Source of the DNA: a virus
Taxonomy: Duplodnaviria; Caudoviricetes
IMG/VR virus record: IMGVR_UViG_3300017747_003029
Span: 1 to 39,800 of that record
DNA length: 39,800 bases
Strand: one strand, 5' to 3'
Shown here: in pieces, positions 25,493 through 33,699 of the stretch
Numbering within the stretch: position 1 is the stretch's first letter
Layout: each line of letters starts with the position of its first letter
Notes under the pieces: model-generated
What the model saw: only the letters and a program-made list of their open reading frames with translations
Databases searched by the model: none
What the model was told of the DNA's origin: nothing
Made by a program: the position numbers and the translations under genes

Positions 25493-25866
25493 CACAGTCC
25501 TTCCCCCTCTTCACAATCAATCACTAACTTCACGCAGGCAATGCGGGCGTCACTTGCAATCAGGTCGGCGTTGGCCTTGCTTTCGCAAGCTTCAAAAAAT
25601 TCCGCGCCATCGTCGTGCCGGAACACATTCACCCACACCTCACGCTGGATGCGGGGGCGGACTACTATGAGGTCATGGGCATTCGGGAGTGAATGACCGT
25701 CTTTCTCGCCGTTATATGATCCTGTCGGGGTCCACTCTTCCTGACGCCATGTCCCATCATTTAGCTTTACTGCCCCGTGAACTGGAAAGCGTCCACCACC
25801 ATCCACCGCATAGATGCGAACCTCGCGGCCACCCTTAGTTTTATACTGCTTACCAAGTTCAATCAT
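25492..25866 (-). CDS. Conserved phage hypothetical protein
   Basis: 124 aa, K.YKT.GGREVRIYAVDG...PVHGAV...DLI...REVWVN. Confidence 0.7.
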   Translation of the reverse strand: MIELGKQYKTKGGREVRIYAVDGGGRFPVHGAVKLNDGTWRQEEWTPTGSYNGEKDGHSLPNAHDLIVVRPRIQREVWVNVFRHDDGAEFFEACESKANADLIASDARIACVKLVIDCEEGEGL

Positions 25867-26149
25867 TGCTTGTCTCCTTCAACGCAACGGTGGCTGGGTT
25901 TGACGCCATAGCCAGCGCCAGTTCCTTCTGGCTGTATGGGTGGTCGCCCGGATATTTCATTCGGTAGTAGGCATTCAGTTCCGCTTCACACTCACGCAGC
26001 GCCGCGTCCTTCCTCTCCACCTCTGCTGTGAGGCGGGTGATGGTGTCGGCGGCCTCAAGCGCAAGCTGATCATCTTGTTCATATGAGGACCGCTCAGTTT
26101 CACGTTGAAGATCAGTCACACTGCGAAGCCTATCTACAATGTCACTCAT
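25859..26149 (-). CDS. Hypothetical protein (MSDIVDRLR...EAADTITRL type)
   Basis: 96 aa, AGGAG SD, ATGA overlap. Confidence 0.65.
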   Translation of the reverse strand: MSDIVDRLRSVTDLQRETERSSYEQDDQLALEAADTITRLTAEVERKDAALRECEAELNAYYRMKYPGDHPYSQKELALAMASNPATVALKETSND

Positions 26150-26469
26150 TGCTTGTCTCCTGAGAGTACGGCATCACATTCGGCGTAGATCGCGCAGACT
26201 TCTGTGTTGAGCCTACCGAATGCTGCAAATGCGTTTTCCGGGCTGACCGTTTCTCGGTTCTGGTAGCGCCTAGCGCGAATGTTTTCCAGCGCCGCCCGCA
26301 GCTTGGCGCTCTCGGCGGTGAGGCGGGCGGCCTCCGCCTCGAGATCCTCCGCGCGGGATGCAAGCTTGGCGTTCAGCTTCTTGTAATCGTCGTGTTGCAG
26401 CTTCCAATGGTCAGCCAGTTTGCGCTGGTCGTCGCGCTCGCGCCTTAGCAGATCAGTCTTGCTTGGCAT
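26146..26469 (-). CDS. Hypothetical coiled-coil protein
   Basis: 107 aa, heptad pattern, coupled to neighbours. Confidence 0.6.
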   Translation of the reverse strand: MPSKTDLLRRERDDQRKLADHWKLQHDDYKKLNAKLASRAEDLEAEAARLTAESAKLRAALENIRARRYQNRETVSPENAFAAFGRLNTEVCAIYAECDAVLSGDKQ

Positions 26470-26791
26470 TGCTCTCCCCCATCGTCGCCGTCACGGCGTC
26501 TGCCGTCTCGTATCGGGTTAGACCGGCCTCATGCGCCAGCATGTTGCACTCAGCCTGCAGCCGGGCGTTCGCCGCGTCTGCCTTCTTCAGGTCGTCCATC
26601 AGGTTGCGCACCGTCTTGCCCAGCGTCCCGTTTACCGTCTGCAGGCTCCTCACCTGCACGGCCAGCTCTTGCCCGCGGTAAGCTTCGCCGGTCCTCATGC
26701 GCCAGATCAGCACGGCGATGAAAATCCAGCCCCCGAAGGTGCCGACCACGAAGAAGGTGAACCAGCACCACTGCGCAATACTATTGGGCAT
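26453..26791 (-). CDS. Membrane-anchored coiled-coil protein
   Basis: N-terminal TM (WCWFTFFVVGTFGGWIFIAVLIW). Confidence 0.6.
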   Translation of the reverse strand: MPNSIAQWCWFTFFVVGTFGGWIFIAVLIWRMRTGEAYRGQELAVQVRSLQTVNGTLGKTVRNLMDDLKKADAANARLQAECNMLAHEAGLTRYETADAVTATMGESNAKQD

Positions 26792-27119
26792 CGCCGGGCT
26801 CCGCCTCGATGGCCTTGCGCTTGCGCGGCGAGGGCACCTCAGATGCGGACACTATCTGGCCCTGATTGATCTGGTTGATCATGGCGAGCGCAACGCCGCC
26901 GCTCGACGTGAGCGCGCTGTTCAAGGCGTCGTGCGCCTCGCGTTCAATCGCGTCGGCCCGCTCTCGCATGGTCTGCGCTTGCCGCATTGCGTCGTTGTAG
27001 ATGCCCAGCGCCACGTTGCGGGCGTCGAAGTCCGCGTTCAGCTCGCGGACGATGCTGTCGCTCTGCTCGCGCGCTGCTTTGCGCACAGCGTCAATTGCAA
27101 TCTCGATGGCGTTAATCAT
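26781..27119 (-). CDS. Hypothetical coiled-coil protein
   Basis: 112 aa ORF overlapping both neighbours. Confidence 0.6.
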   Translation of the reverse strand: MINAIEIAIDAVRKAAREQSDSIVRELNADFDARNVALGIYNDAMRQAQTMRERADAIEREAHDALNSALTSSGGVALAMINQINQGQIVSASEVPSPRKRKAIEAEPGDAQ

Positions 27120-27297
27120 GCCAGTATGCCCTTACATGCTCGGATTTGATCTTGGTTAGGCGGATGTCGTTCTGTTGCTCGGGCTCTGGCTCGTCTTTTT
27201 CGCAAATACGAATTGTCGATACCAGCATGTAGATCAGCAGGGCAGCGACGATAGAAGTGCCGATCCCCGCGGTGTAGCCCAGCATGAATTCACTCAT
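27112..27297 (-). CDS. Small membrane protein
   Basis: MSEFMLGYTAGIGTSIVAALLIYMLVS..., GAGGA SD. Confidence 0.55.
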   Translation of the reverse strand: MSEFMLGYTAGIGTSIVAALLIYMLVSTIRICEKDEPEPEQQNDIRLTKIKSEHVRAYWHD

Positions 27298-27455
27298 TGC
27301 ATGGTCCTCTGTTGAATTGGTGCCGGTCGCGGCGTCATGGAGACCACCCACCGGCTGACGGGGTTATTGCTCACTTGCCGTCTGACAGCCCTGCCGCAAT
27401 AAGCCAGCGAAAGGAACATAACTCTGGCCCATGAACGCCCCGGCAGGTGGTAACT

Positions 27456-27920
27456 TCATTTCTGCTTCCTGTATCTGGTGAGGATTCTCTCGAACACCGC
27501 GCGCTGCTTTTCCGTAATTGACCAATAGTCCGGCCTATTCTTGAAGCCTTCCAAAAAATGAGCCTCCCATTCTGTCAGAAGATCCGGTCGCTCGTCCAGA
27601 ATGCGCAGGCATTCGTATTTCAGGGTGAAGTCGTCGTTAGGCGACTTGCTGCGCTTGTTTAATTCCTCGGCGGCCCGGTACATATCTTCGCGGGCTCGGG
27701 CCCGCTCCGCCTCGCGGGCAGCCTCGCGGGCGGCATTTTCGCGGGCGTGGGCGAACGGATCCCAGCCTGTCTGCTGCGCACGCGGCGCGCCGATCAGGTC
27801 CTTCCACGTCTTGCCGTTAGCAGCCATGAGCTTCTGCGCCATACGCAGGGCAGCCAGCGCCTCGCCGTCGTGAGCGGAGCCTGTCATGCCCAATATCTTG
27901 ATGAGCTTTTCCATGTCCAT
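27456..27920 (-). CDS. Hypothetical protein with DUF2786-like N-terminal helix pair
   Basis: MEKLIKILGMTGSAHDGEALAALRMAQKLM...; C-terminal LTEWEAHFL...ITEKQRAVFERI. Confidence 0.6.
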   Translation of the reverse strand: MDMEKLIKILGMTGSAHDGEALAALRMAQKLMAANGKTWKDLIGAPRAQQTGWDPFAHARENAAREAAREAERARAREDMYRAAEELNKRSKSPNDDFTLKYECLRILDERPDLLTEWEAHFLEGFKNRPDYWSITEKQRAVFERILTRYRKQK

Positions 27921-27970
27921 GTGGTGGCGGGGCTGGTGTCGCCGGGGAAACGCGCACCAGCCCCCTCCCC

Positions 27971-28285
27971 TCACGCCGCCTTGGCGGCGGCGTTGATGGC
28001 CTTGATGGTCATGACGACCGACGCGGCACCCTGCTTGCTGTTGGCGGCCACCCACTCAGCGCCCAGCGCCTTCTCGACGGCGGCCTTGTCCAAGGTGACG
28101 CTGCCGTTGCGCAGGTTGAAGCTGACGGCGAACTCATTGCCGCAGACGGTGTCGGCGTCGAGGTTGCGAGCCTCGAGAGCGGCGCGGAGCGCCTTCTTCT
28201 CGGCCTCGAGGGCCTTGGCCTGAGCATCGACGCTGCCGATGAGGTCGGCGATTTGGGCGGCGGAGAGGTTGTCAAAGCGGTTCAT
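27971..28285 (-). CDS. Early-type hypothetical protein
   Basis: 104 aa, GGAGAC SD, strongly biased codons, own promoter upstream. Confidence 0.7.
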   Translation of the reverse strand: MNRFDNLSAAQIADLIGSVDAQAKALEAEKKALRAALEARNLDADTVCGNEFAVSFNLRNGSVTLDKAAVEKALGAEWVAANSKQGAASVVMTIKAINAAAKAA

Positions 28286-28345
28286 GGTAGTCTCCAGAGG
28301 TTGGGCACTTGATTGTGCCATGGATTTCTTCTACATCGAATCACC

Positions 28346-28558
28346 ATGACGGGTCAACAAAAAAGTGTAGACAAAAACAAACGGCCTCGAGGTCGCCCTC
28401 GAACAGGCCGTGGCCATCAGATCAATCTGATGGTCAGCACCGAAATGCGGGACGCCCTGAGGATCTACATCGAGGACCGCGGCGGCGGGTTCAAAGCGAC
28501 GGAAGCAATCCGGCGGCTCCTGTTGGAGAGCTTGGGCTCAAAGGGCTGCTTCCGGTGA
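28346..28558 (+). CDS. Ribbon-helix-helix-like DNA-binding protein
   Basis: RPRGRPRTG followed by a beta strand (INLMV) and two helices (STEMRDALRIY, ATEAIRRLL); followed by its own terminator. Confidence 0.65.
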   Translation: MTGQQKSVDKNKRPRGRPRTGRGHQINLMVSTEMRDALRIYIEDRGGGFKATEAIRRLLLESLGSKGCFR

Positions 28559-28564
28559 AGAGAG

Positions 28565-28588
28565 GGGCGGGAGAGATCCCGCCCTTTT
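28565..28588 (+). terminator. Intrinsic terminator
   Basis: GGGCGGGA-GAGA-TCCCGCCC-TTTT just after the RHH stop. Confidence 0.65.
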
Positions 28589-28701
28589 CATTTGCGCATA
28601 CGCCGGACCGCCAGATAGCTTTGCACTGCATAGTAAATGCTGACCCCGGCAGCGACGATGCTCACCAGCGCCATGGCCACCGACAACATTGCGATGATCA
28701 T
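28588..28701 (-). CDS. 37-aa membrane peptide
   Basis: MIIAMLSVAMALVSIVAAGVSIYYAVQSYLAVRRMRK; ATGA overlap with the terS stop. Confidence 0.5.
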   Translation of the reverse strand: MIIAMLSVAMALVSIVAAGVSIYYAVQSYLAVRRMRK

Positions 28702-29231
28702 GCTTCGCTCTCCTCGACCGCCTCGCCCTCGATCACGTCCTCGGCCTCCGGGTTCTCCATCAGCTCCAGCGCCCGCTCGAGGGCGTCAAGGGCCTGCGCA
28801 GGCAGGTTGTTCACGTCGATGCGCTGCACGTTGATCTGCACCGGGCCGCCGTCATGGCCAACCAGCTTCGCTTCCTTGCTTTCGCGCCAGTCAGCCGGAA
28901 ACCGGGCGGCCATCGACCGGCTCCAGATCGCCGCATTGAAGCCCGGAGCCTGCATCCCCTGCTGCCCGGCATCCTCCCACCACAATTGGGAAAATTCCGT
29001 AGCAATTTCTAAGGCGTTATGAAACTCAGGGTTTACCGAAGCCCATTCGAGCATGACCCGGCGGCTAGTCCCCAAGGACGCCGCGAACCAAGCCCTTGAT
29101 TTTCCTTGTTTTCCCCACTCGATGACCTTCTCGCAATATTCTGGGCGGTAGGTAGTTGGCCTGCCTATTGGGCGTGGCGGCGTTTCAGGCTTGGGCGCGT
29201 CGGGTTTCTTGGCCTCAGGTTTCTTTGCCAT
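28698..29231 (-). CDS. terS: Terminase small subunit (Sf6/P22-like)
   Basis: IGRPTTYRPEYCEKV HTH, W...NPEFHNA, GFNAAIW, RFPADWRE, LVGHDGGPVQI motifs. Confidence 0.75.
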   Translation of the reverse strand: MAKKPEAKKPDAPKPETPPRPIGRPTTYRPEYCEKVIEWGKQGKSRAWFAASLGTSRRVMLEWASVNPEFHNALEIATEFSQLWWEDAGQQGMQAPGFNAAIWSRSMAARFPADWRESKEAKLVGHDGGPVQINVQRIDVNNLPAQALDALERALELMENPEAEDVIEGEAVEESEA

Positions 29232-29407
29232 GCATCAGTTCTCCATTTCGCCCCCAGAATAGCAAGCCATGCACAGGGGCGGTAGCGGGGGCCGCTGGCG
29301 GCGATTGACATGCACCGGCATGGATGCCATCCTTTTTTCAGAAACGGCCTCCTGCGCCATCTTTGTGGCGTTCTGCGCAGGGTTCAAAACGGCGAAGATC
29401 TGAAAAC

Positions 29408-29648
29408 CAAGTGTTAGTGCGAGTGTTGCACGAGAACACTAACAGAACTTCCCCGGAAAAGCCTTTCAAATCAATCATCAAAATCGAGTGTTAGTTGTTA
29501 GCGGGGGCCGGGAGGGGTGAGTCTCTCTATATGGTTTATACCCCCTCCCCCCTACTAACTACTAACACTCGATTATTATATAATATAATCAATACATTAC
29601 AATCAATGTTCTGTTAGTGTTCCAATACACACTTGATCATACACTCGA
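29408..29648. repeat. AT-rich nested inverted repeats with GTGTTAG/GAGTGT iterons (candidate replication origin or pac region)
   Basis: GAACACTAACAGAAC (29434-29448) / GTTCTGTTAGTGTTC (29608-29622) is a perfect inverted pair; 29482-29501 / 29555-29574 match 19/20; non-coding. Confidence 0.7.
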
Positions 29649-29756
29649 CGGTTATTCCTACGATAAAATGATAACGGCCACCGCATGGGCAGCCGTCAGG
29701 CTTGCAGATCCAGAGTTGCGGACGGCAGGCCTGCTCGAACCCCTATGCCTGTCCCA

Positions 29757-29787
29757 ATAAAAAACCCCCGGCGAATCACCGGGGGCC
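29757..29787 (-). terminator. Intrinsic terminator ending the early gene array
   Basis: Minus strand CCCCCGG-TGATTCG-CCGGGGG-TTTTTT. Confidence 0.75.
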
Positions 29788-29815
29788 ATGAATTACAGCC
29801 TGCAACCAGAGATGC

Positions 29816-30064
29816 CTACGGCCTGTCGGTTTTTACGGGCTGGACCGGATCTGGCCGGTTGATCATCTTCTCACCGTGGCCCTTGTTCAGGACGTGGATG
29901 GAGCAGAACACCATGCCGCGGCCATGGGCGACCGCCTTGGCGTGTTCCTTGGCCAGCAGCTTGCCGGGGGCGGTGAAGACCAGATCATGCCACCGGCAGA
30001 TGCGCTTGGCCGGATTGAGCTGGTCCCAGTTATCTTCCCGGAGGATGGCGCGGTAGTAGCTCAT
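29816..30064 (-). CDS. Hypothetical protein
   Basis: MSYYRAILRED...; ATGA overlap with the upstream gene. Confidence 0.55.
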   Translation of the reverse strand: MSYYRAILREDNWDQLNPAKRICRWHDLVFTAPGKLLAKEHAKAVAHGRGMVFCSIHVLNKGHGEKMINRPDPVQPVKTDRP

Positions 30065-30354
30065 GTGTTGGATCCCTTGCTTGCTGCCATGGCCTTGCGG
30101 TAGGCGGCCTTGGCTATCTTGGTTGACGGGAAACGGGGGTGGAGGATGGGCTCGAGGATGGCCAGAGCGCCGTTTGCGTCGCCCCGCAGCAGGCACTGGT
30201 AGGCCAGCTCCAAGCCGTCCAGCGGGACGTCCTCGCCCCGCCCTTGAAGCTCCTCGAGCAGGTCTTCGGTGTCAACCTCGCCGAGCAGCTCATCGACGTC
30301 CACATCGACCTCGACGTCGCCCACATAGGCGGTTGTGGTGAGGGTGCGGCCCAT
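30061..30354 (-). CDS. Acidic hypothetical protein
   Basis: DVEVDVDVDELL.EVDTEDLLEELQGRG; coupled to the upstream stop. Confidence 0.65.
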   Translation of the reverse strand: MGRTLTTTAYVGDVEVDVDVDELLGEVDTEDLLEELQGRGEDVPLDGLELAYQCLLRGDANGALAILEPILHPRFPSTKIAKAAYRKAMAASKGSNT

Positions 30355-30662
30355 CACGCCCTCCCATTCTGGATGGCGTCACCCCGGTCGGCCATCTCAT
30401 AGGCCTTGGCGGCGATCTGGGCCTCGATGACGCCGAGACTGGCCAGCAGGTGGATGCCGTCCCGGTCGGTGTCGATCACGACGTTGTCGATCAGGAACAG
30501 CTTCTGGGTGGCGGTGACGGCACCGGCCAGCGCAGCGGCGGCATATGCCCGGCGCGAAATGGTGGCGACCGGCGCGGTGGAGGTCTTGCCGCTGGTGTAG
30601 GTCTTGCGGATCGAGACGATCCAATTTTTGGCGGTCGAGCGGATGAGGATGTCGTTGGTCAT
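30354..30662 (-). CDS. Early-type hypothetical protein
   Basis: MTNDILIRS..., GGAGAC SD after a UUCG hairpin. Confidence 0.65.
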   Translation of the reverse strand: MTNDILIRSTAKNWIVSIRKTYTSGKTSTAPVATISRRAYAAAALAGAVTATQKLFLIDNVVIDTDRDGIHLLASLGVIEAQIAAKAYEMADRGDAIQNGRA

Positions 30663-30712
30663 GATGGTCTCCAATGGTTTGAGGGGGAGAAGGGGAGGGG
30701 CCGAAGCCCCTT

Positions 30713-31228
30713 TCACGCTGCCAGCTTCTTGAAAGCGGCCTCGGAGGTGAAATTGCCGTTCACGTAGATCCGGGCGGGCCACTGGTGGAAGAGCTTGCCC
30801 TTCGGGCTGGTCTTCAGGATCCGGTCCTGATGGACGCTGACGCTGCGCGAGCCGAGCTTGCCGGTGATGATGAAGGTGTCGCCGTCGGCGCGCTTGACCT
30901 CGACATCCGACAGGCTCTCCAGCTTCTTGGTGAGCTTGGCAACGAAGGACGCGACGGTCGCGGCGGCATAGGTGTCGGCATCCTTGGCGAGGCGCTCCTG
31001 ATGCACGCCAATGGCGCGGATGGTGCCGATGGTGTTGCCCTCAGAGCGAATGTAGCCGCGAGCCTCGCGATAGTATGCGCCGTCATTGGTGAACATGTTG
31101 CCGAGGCCCATGAACTTGCCCTCGTACTGCTCGATCAGGTTGGTGATGCGGATGGTGTGATAGCGCACGAAGTCGGCGGCGAGGGTCGGGGCGTAATCGG
31201 CGAAGGCGGTTGCGAAGGCGTTGGTCAT
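30713..31228 (-). CDS. Early-type hypothetical protein
   Basis: 171 aa, ...ILKTSPKGKLFHQWPARIYVNG; GGAG SD. Confidence 0.7.
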   Translation of the reverse strand: MTNAFATAFADYAPTLAADFVRYHTIRITNLIEQYEGKFMGLGNMFTNDGAYYREARGYIRSEGNTIGTIRAIGVHQERLAKDADTYAAATVASFVAKLTKKLESLSDVEVKRADGDTFIITGKLGSRSVSVHQDRILKTSPKGKLFHQWPARIYVNGNFTSEAAFKKLAA

Positions 31229-31267
31229 TTGAGGCTCCATGCAGTGGGGCGGGATTGCCCTGAACCC

Positions 31268-31323
31268 TTTTCAGCACATTCTTAGTTTTGTGTCTACAAA
31301 AAAAGAAGGGGGCCGAAACCCCC
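31268..31323 (-). promoter_or_regulatory. Repeated terminator+promoter unit (variant, spacer motif inverted)
   Basis: GGGGG-TTTCGG-CCCCC hairpin, T7, TAGACA, spacer containing AAACTAAGAAT. Confidence 0.65.
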
Positions 31324-31327
31324 TGCC

Positions 31328-32164
31328 TTACTTCGCTGCCGCCGGGCGGCTGATCACCGTCTGGGCAACACCCTCGCGGATCCCGTGTTCCTTGACGGTC
31401 GCCTTGATCTTCAGGTCCGCGCCCTTTTCGCCCAGAACAGCCGAACCCTTGTAGATCACGATATTGCCAGCGGCATCGCGCAGGCCGTGGATCTGGATGA
31501 CGCCGAAGGCTGATTCGTAGGCCTTGATCCACTCGATCTTGACCTCGAACACGCGGCGCTCGCCGACCGTGCCAACATGCTGGCTGCCAGCGTTCGCCGC
31601 GGCGCGGGCAACCTTCCCGGCCTCGCGGACCGGGATCTTGGCCAGCAGGGTGCGGACGAAGCCGATCTGCTTCTCGGACAGGTCGCCGTACTGGATGAGC
31701 TTGCCGACGATGTCGCGGATGGTGTTCTCTTCCCAGCCATCGACCGTGCCCTGAGCAATGTCCCAAGCCTCAGACAGGCCGCTGTCGGCCAGAACCTTCT
31801 GGGCGCGGAGCTTGCCGCGGGCGGTCTCCAGACCGGCAGCCACGCGCTTCTTGAAGGCGCGGAAGGCAATGTCCTCGCCAGCGTCGAGCTTGTAGCTGCA
31901 ATCCTCACCAGCGTTGATGTAGGTGTTGGTCTCCTCATGCCAGAACACGCCCAGCGTATGAGCGTGCGCGCCGCACACGCCGCAGGTGCCGCCGTGATCA
32001 TGGTGCGAATAGCGCCCGCCGGTCTGCTTCAGGTGCTGCGCGATGGCAACGCGGTCGTCGCCAATGACGCCAAACATATCGGACGGGCCGATGTACTTGA
32101 AGCCGATCAGGATGTAGGCGTCGGTCTTGATCTGCGAGGGGCGGTGGATGTCGGTGCGGGCCAT
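31328..32164 (-). CDS. Early-type protein with CxxC motif and C-terminal OB-fold-like domain
   Basis: CGVCG...GEDC; LSEKQ; SQHVGTVGER...DAAGNIVIYKGS...IKATVKEH...QTVISR. Confidence 0.7.
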   Translation of the reverse strand: MARTDIHRPSQIKTDAYILIGFKYIGPSDMFGVIGDDRVAIAQHLKQTGGRYSHHDHGGTCGVCGAHAHTLGVFWHEETNTYINAGEDCSYKLDAGEDIAFRAFKKRVAAGLETARGKLRAQKVLADSGLSEAWDIAQGTVDGWEENTIRDIVGKLIQYGDLSEKQIGFVRTLLAKIPVREAGKVARAAANAGSQHVGTVGERRVFEVKIEWIKAYESAFGVIQIHGLRDAAGNIVIYKGSAVLGEKGADLKIKATVKEHGIREGVAQTVISRPAAAK

Positions 32165-32199
32165 GTGAGTCTCCATAGGGTTATCGGTTGCGATGACCC

Positions 32200-32253
32200 C
32201 TTATGACAGAAACTAAGAATTGAGTCTACAAAAAAAGAAGGGGCCGAAGCCCC
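32200..32253 (-). promoter_or_regulatory. Repeated terminator+promoter unit
   Basis: GGGGC-TTCG-GCCCC, T7, then TAGACT-caattcttagtttctgt-CATAAG. Confidence 0.8.
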
Positions 32254-32255
32254 TT

Positions 32256-32732
32256 TTATGCCGCCCGCTTGCGGACAGTGCCGGTTGCAGTGAGGGTGTC
32301 CTGATAGGCCAGCGCCTCGGCGACCAGCCGGGTCTTTTCCTCGCCCGCCGGAATCAGCTTCACCGGGTAGCCCGCCTGCGCGCCATATTCCTTGCCGCTG
32401 GTGCTCTTGAAATTGTGGTGCATGATCGGCTCCCACACGCCGTTCTTGAGGTAGGAGCCGCTCTGCGCGACCGGCAGGATCTCGGCGACCGTGAATTTGG
32501 CCATGCCGTTGTCGATGCGCTGGCCGACCTGCACGTCCTGCGGCAGCAGCTTCAGGCTCTCGACATAGAACATCTTGGCGGCCTTGCCGCGCTTCGTGTA
32601 CTGCTGCTTCTCGCCGTTGCAGCCGTAGCAGCGCGAGCCGTCGATCTGGTTGTAGCTGTACTGGCCAGAGCCGTGGCAGCGCGAGCAGATCTTGACTTCA
32701 AAACCAAGGGGAGAGGTCAGTTCGTAGGTCAT
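32256..32732 (-). CDS. Early-type protein with DnaJ-like Zn-finger
   Basis: CSRCHGSG.YS...GSRCYGCNG. Confidence 0.7.
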   Translation of the reverse strand: MTYELTSPLGFEVKICSRCHGSGQYSYNQIDGSRCYGCNGEKQQYTKRGKAAKMFYVESLKLLPQDVQVGQRIDNGMAKFTVAEILPVAQSGSYLKNGVWEPIMHHNFKSTSGKEYGAQAGYPVKLIPAGEEKTRLVAEALAYQDTLTATGTVRKRAA

Positions 32733-32771
32733 GTCAGTCTCCATGCAAGGGGCGTGATTGCCCGTGCCCCT

Positions 32772-32828
32772 CTTATGGCAGAAACTAAGAATTGAGTCTA
32801 CAAAAAAAGAAGGCCCCCGAAGGGGCCT
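32772..32828 (-). promoter_or_regulatory. Repeated terminator+promoter unit
   Basis: GGCCCC-TTCG-GGGGCC, T7, then TAGACT-caattcttagtttctgc-CATAAG. Confidence 0.8.
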
Positions 32829-33276
32829 ATGCTGGTTCTTGGGGCCGCGGGCCGCCTGCCACGACGTGCTCCTGCCACCGCTTCAGGATCGGGGCCAGTT
32901 CCGGCTGGGAGCGGGCGACGCTGTTCAGCCGGTCGGCGCTGGCCCTGCCAGCCCGGTACGTGCCCGGATCGTCGGAATATTCGTGGTTCCAATCGTGCGC
33001 GGCGCACATGCGGTGGAACTCCTGCGGGCTGACCTGCGCGGGTTGGCTGGCTGCAGCGGCCAGACCGGGCGCAGCGGGCTGGGCGGCTGCCGGGCTCGCC
33101 CGGCGCTTCATCTCGGCCTTGATGGCCTTCCAGCGGTCCTGCAGGGCGGCATGCTTCGGGCGGTACGATTCGTCCCCCGCCTGCACCATGGCCTTGGCCT
33201 GCTTCCCGTCCTGCTCGACGTTCATCAGCATCGTCTGCAATTGGTAATCGTTGAACTTGTTCAGATTGTCATTCAT
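32827..33276 (-). CDS. Hypothetical protein (HDW.HEYSDD domain)
   Basis: 149 aa, AAGGAG SD. Confidence 0.65.
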   Translation of the reverse strand: MNDNLNKFNDYQLQTMLMNVEQDGKQAKAMVQAGDESYRPKHAALQDRWKAIKAEMKRRASPAAAQPAAPGLAAAASQPAQVSPQEFHRMCAAHDWNHEYSDDPGTYRAGRASADRLNSVARSQPELAPILKRWQEHVVAGGPRPQEPA

Positions 33277-33448
33277 GGTCGGTCTCCTTTTCTTTGTTGT
33301 ACATCAGCCCAAGGCGGGCCAGTTCGTTCATCATGCCGGTCGGCGGCCACGAGATCTCGTCGGTGACGGGGTCGCGGCGGATATGGTGAGCCTGCTCCAG
33401 CCGGTCGTAATCGGGGCGCAGGTGAGCGCACGGTTCTCCGCGCCGCAC
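33269..33448 (-). CDS. Hypothetical protein (59 aa)
   Basis: GTG start after GGAGG; fills the gap between two genes; below the ORF-track cutoff. Confidence 0.45.
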   Translation of the reverse strand: MRRGEPCAHLRPDYDRLEQAHHIRRDPVTDEISWPPTGMMNELARLGLMYNKEKETDHE

Positions 33449-33450
33449 GG

Positions 33451-33603
33451 TCAGCCCTCCACCGGAATGTAGAGGGCGTAGAGGCCGGTCGAGGCCTCGA
33501 ACACGATGTCCATGTCCTCTTCGTCGTACACGCCGATCCAGAGCAGGAGCGCGTCGATGGCGGCTTCGCGGGTCTTGTGGATGCTGATCTTGAACTTGTT
33601 CAT
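33451..33603 (-). CDS. Small acidic hypothetical protein (50 aa)
   Basis: MNKFKISIHKTREAAIDALLLWIGVYDEEDMDIVFEASTGLYALYIPVEG; GGAG SD directly behind a repeated promoter. Confidence 0.65.
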   Translation of the reverse strand: MNKFKISIHKTREAAIDALLLWIGVYDEEDMDIVFEASTGLYALYIPVEG

Positions 33604-33640
33604 GTTAGGCTCCATTGGCAGGCTTGATTGCCTGACGACC

Positions 33641-33695
33641 GTTATGACAGAAACTAAGAATTGAGTCTACAAAAAAGTGAAGGGGCCGAAGCCCC
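33641..33695 (-). promoter_or_regulatory. Repeated terminator+promoter unit
   Basis: GGGGC-TTCG-GCCCC, T6, then TAGACT-caattcttagtttctgt-CATAAC. Confidence 0.8.
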
Positions 33696-33699
33696 TTTT

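Noticed and set aside
27355-27415. CTGACGG...CGAAAG as a hammerhead ribozyme; ...GGCACCA as a tRNA end
   Set aside because: The core reads CTGACGG rather than CTGANGA and stems I/III are not evident; no cloverleaf, T-loop or anticodon arm.
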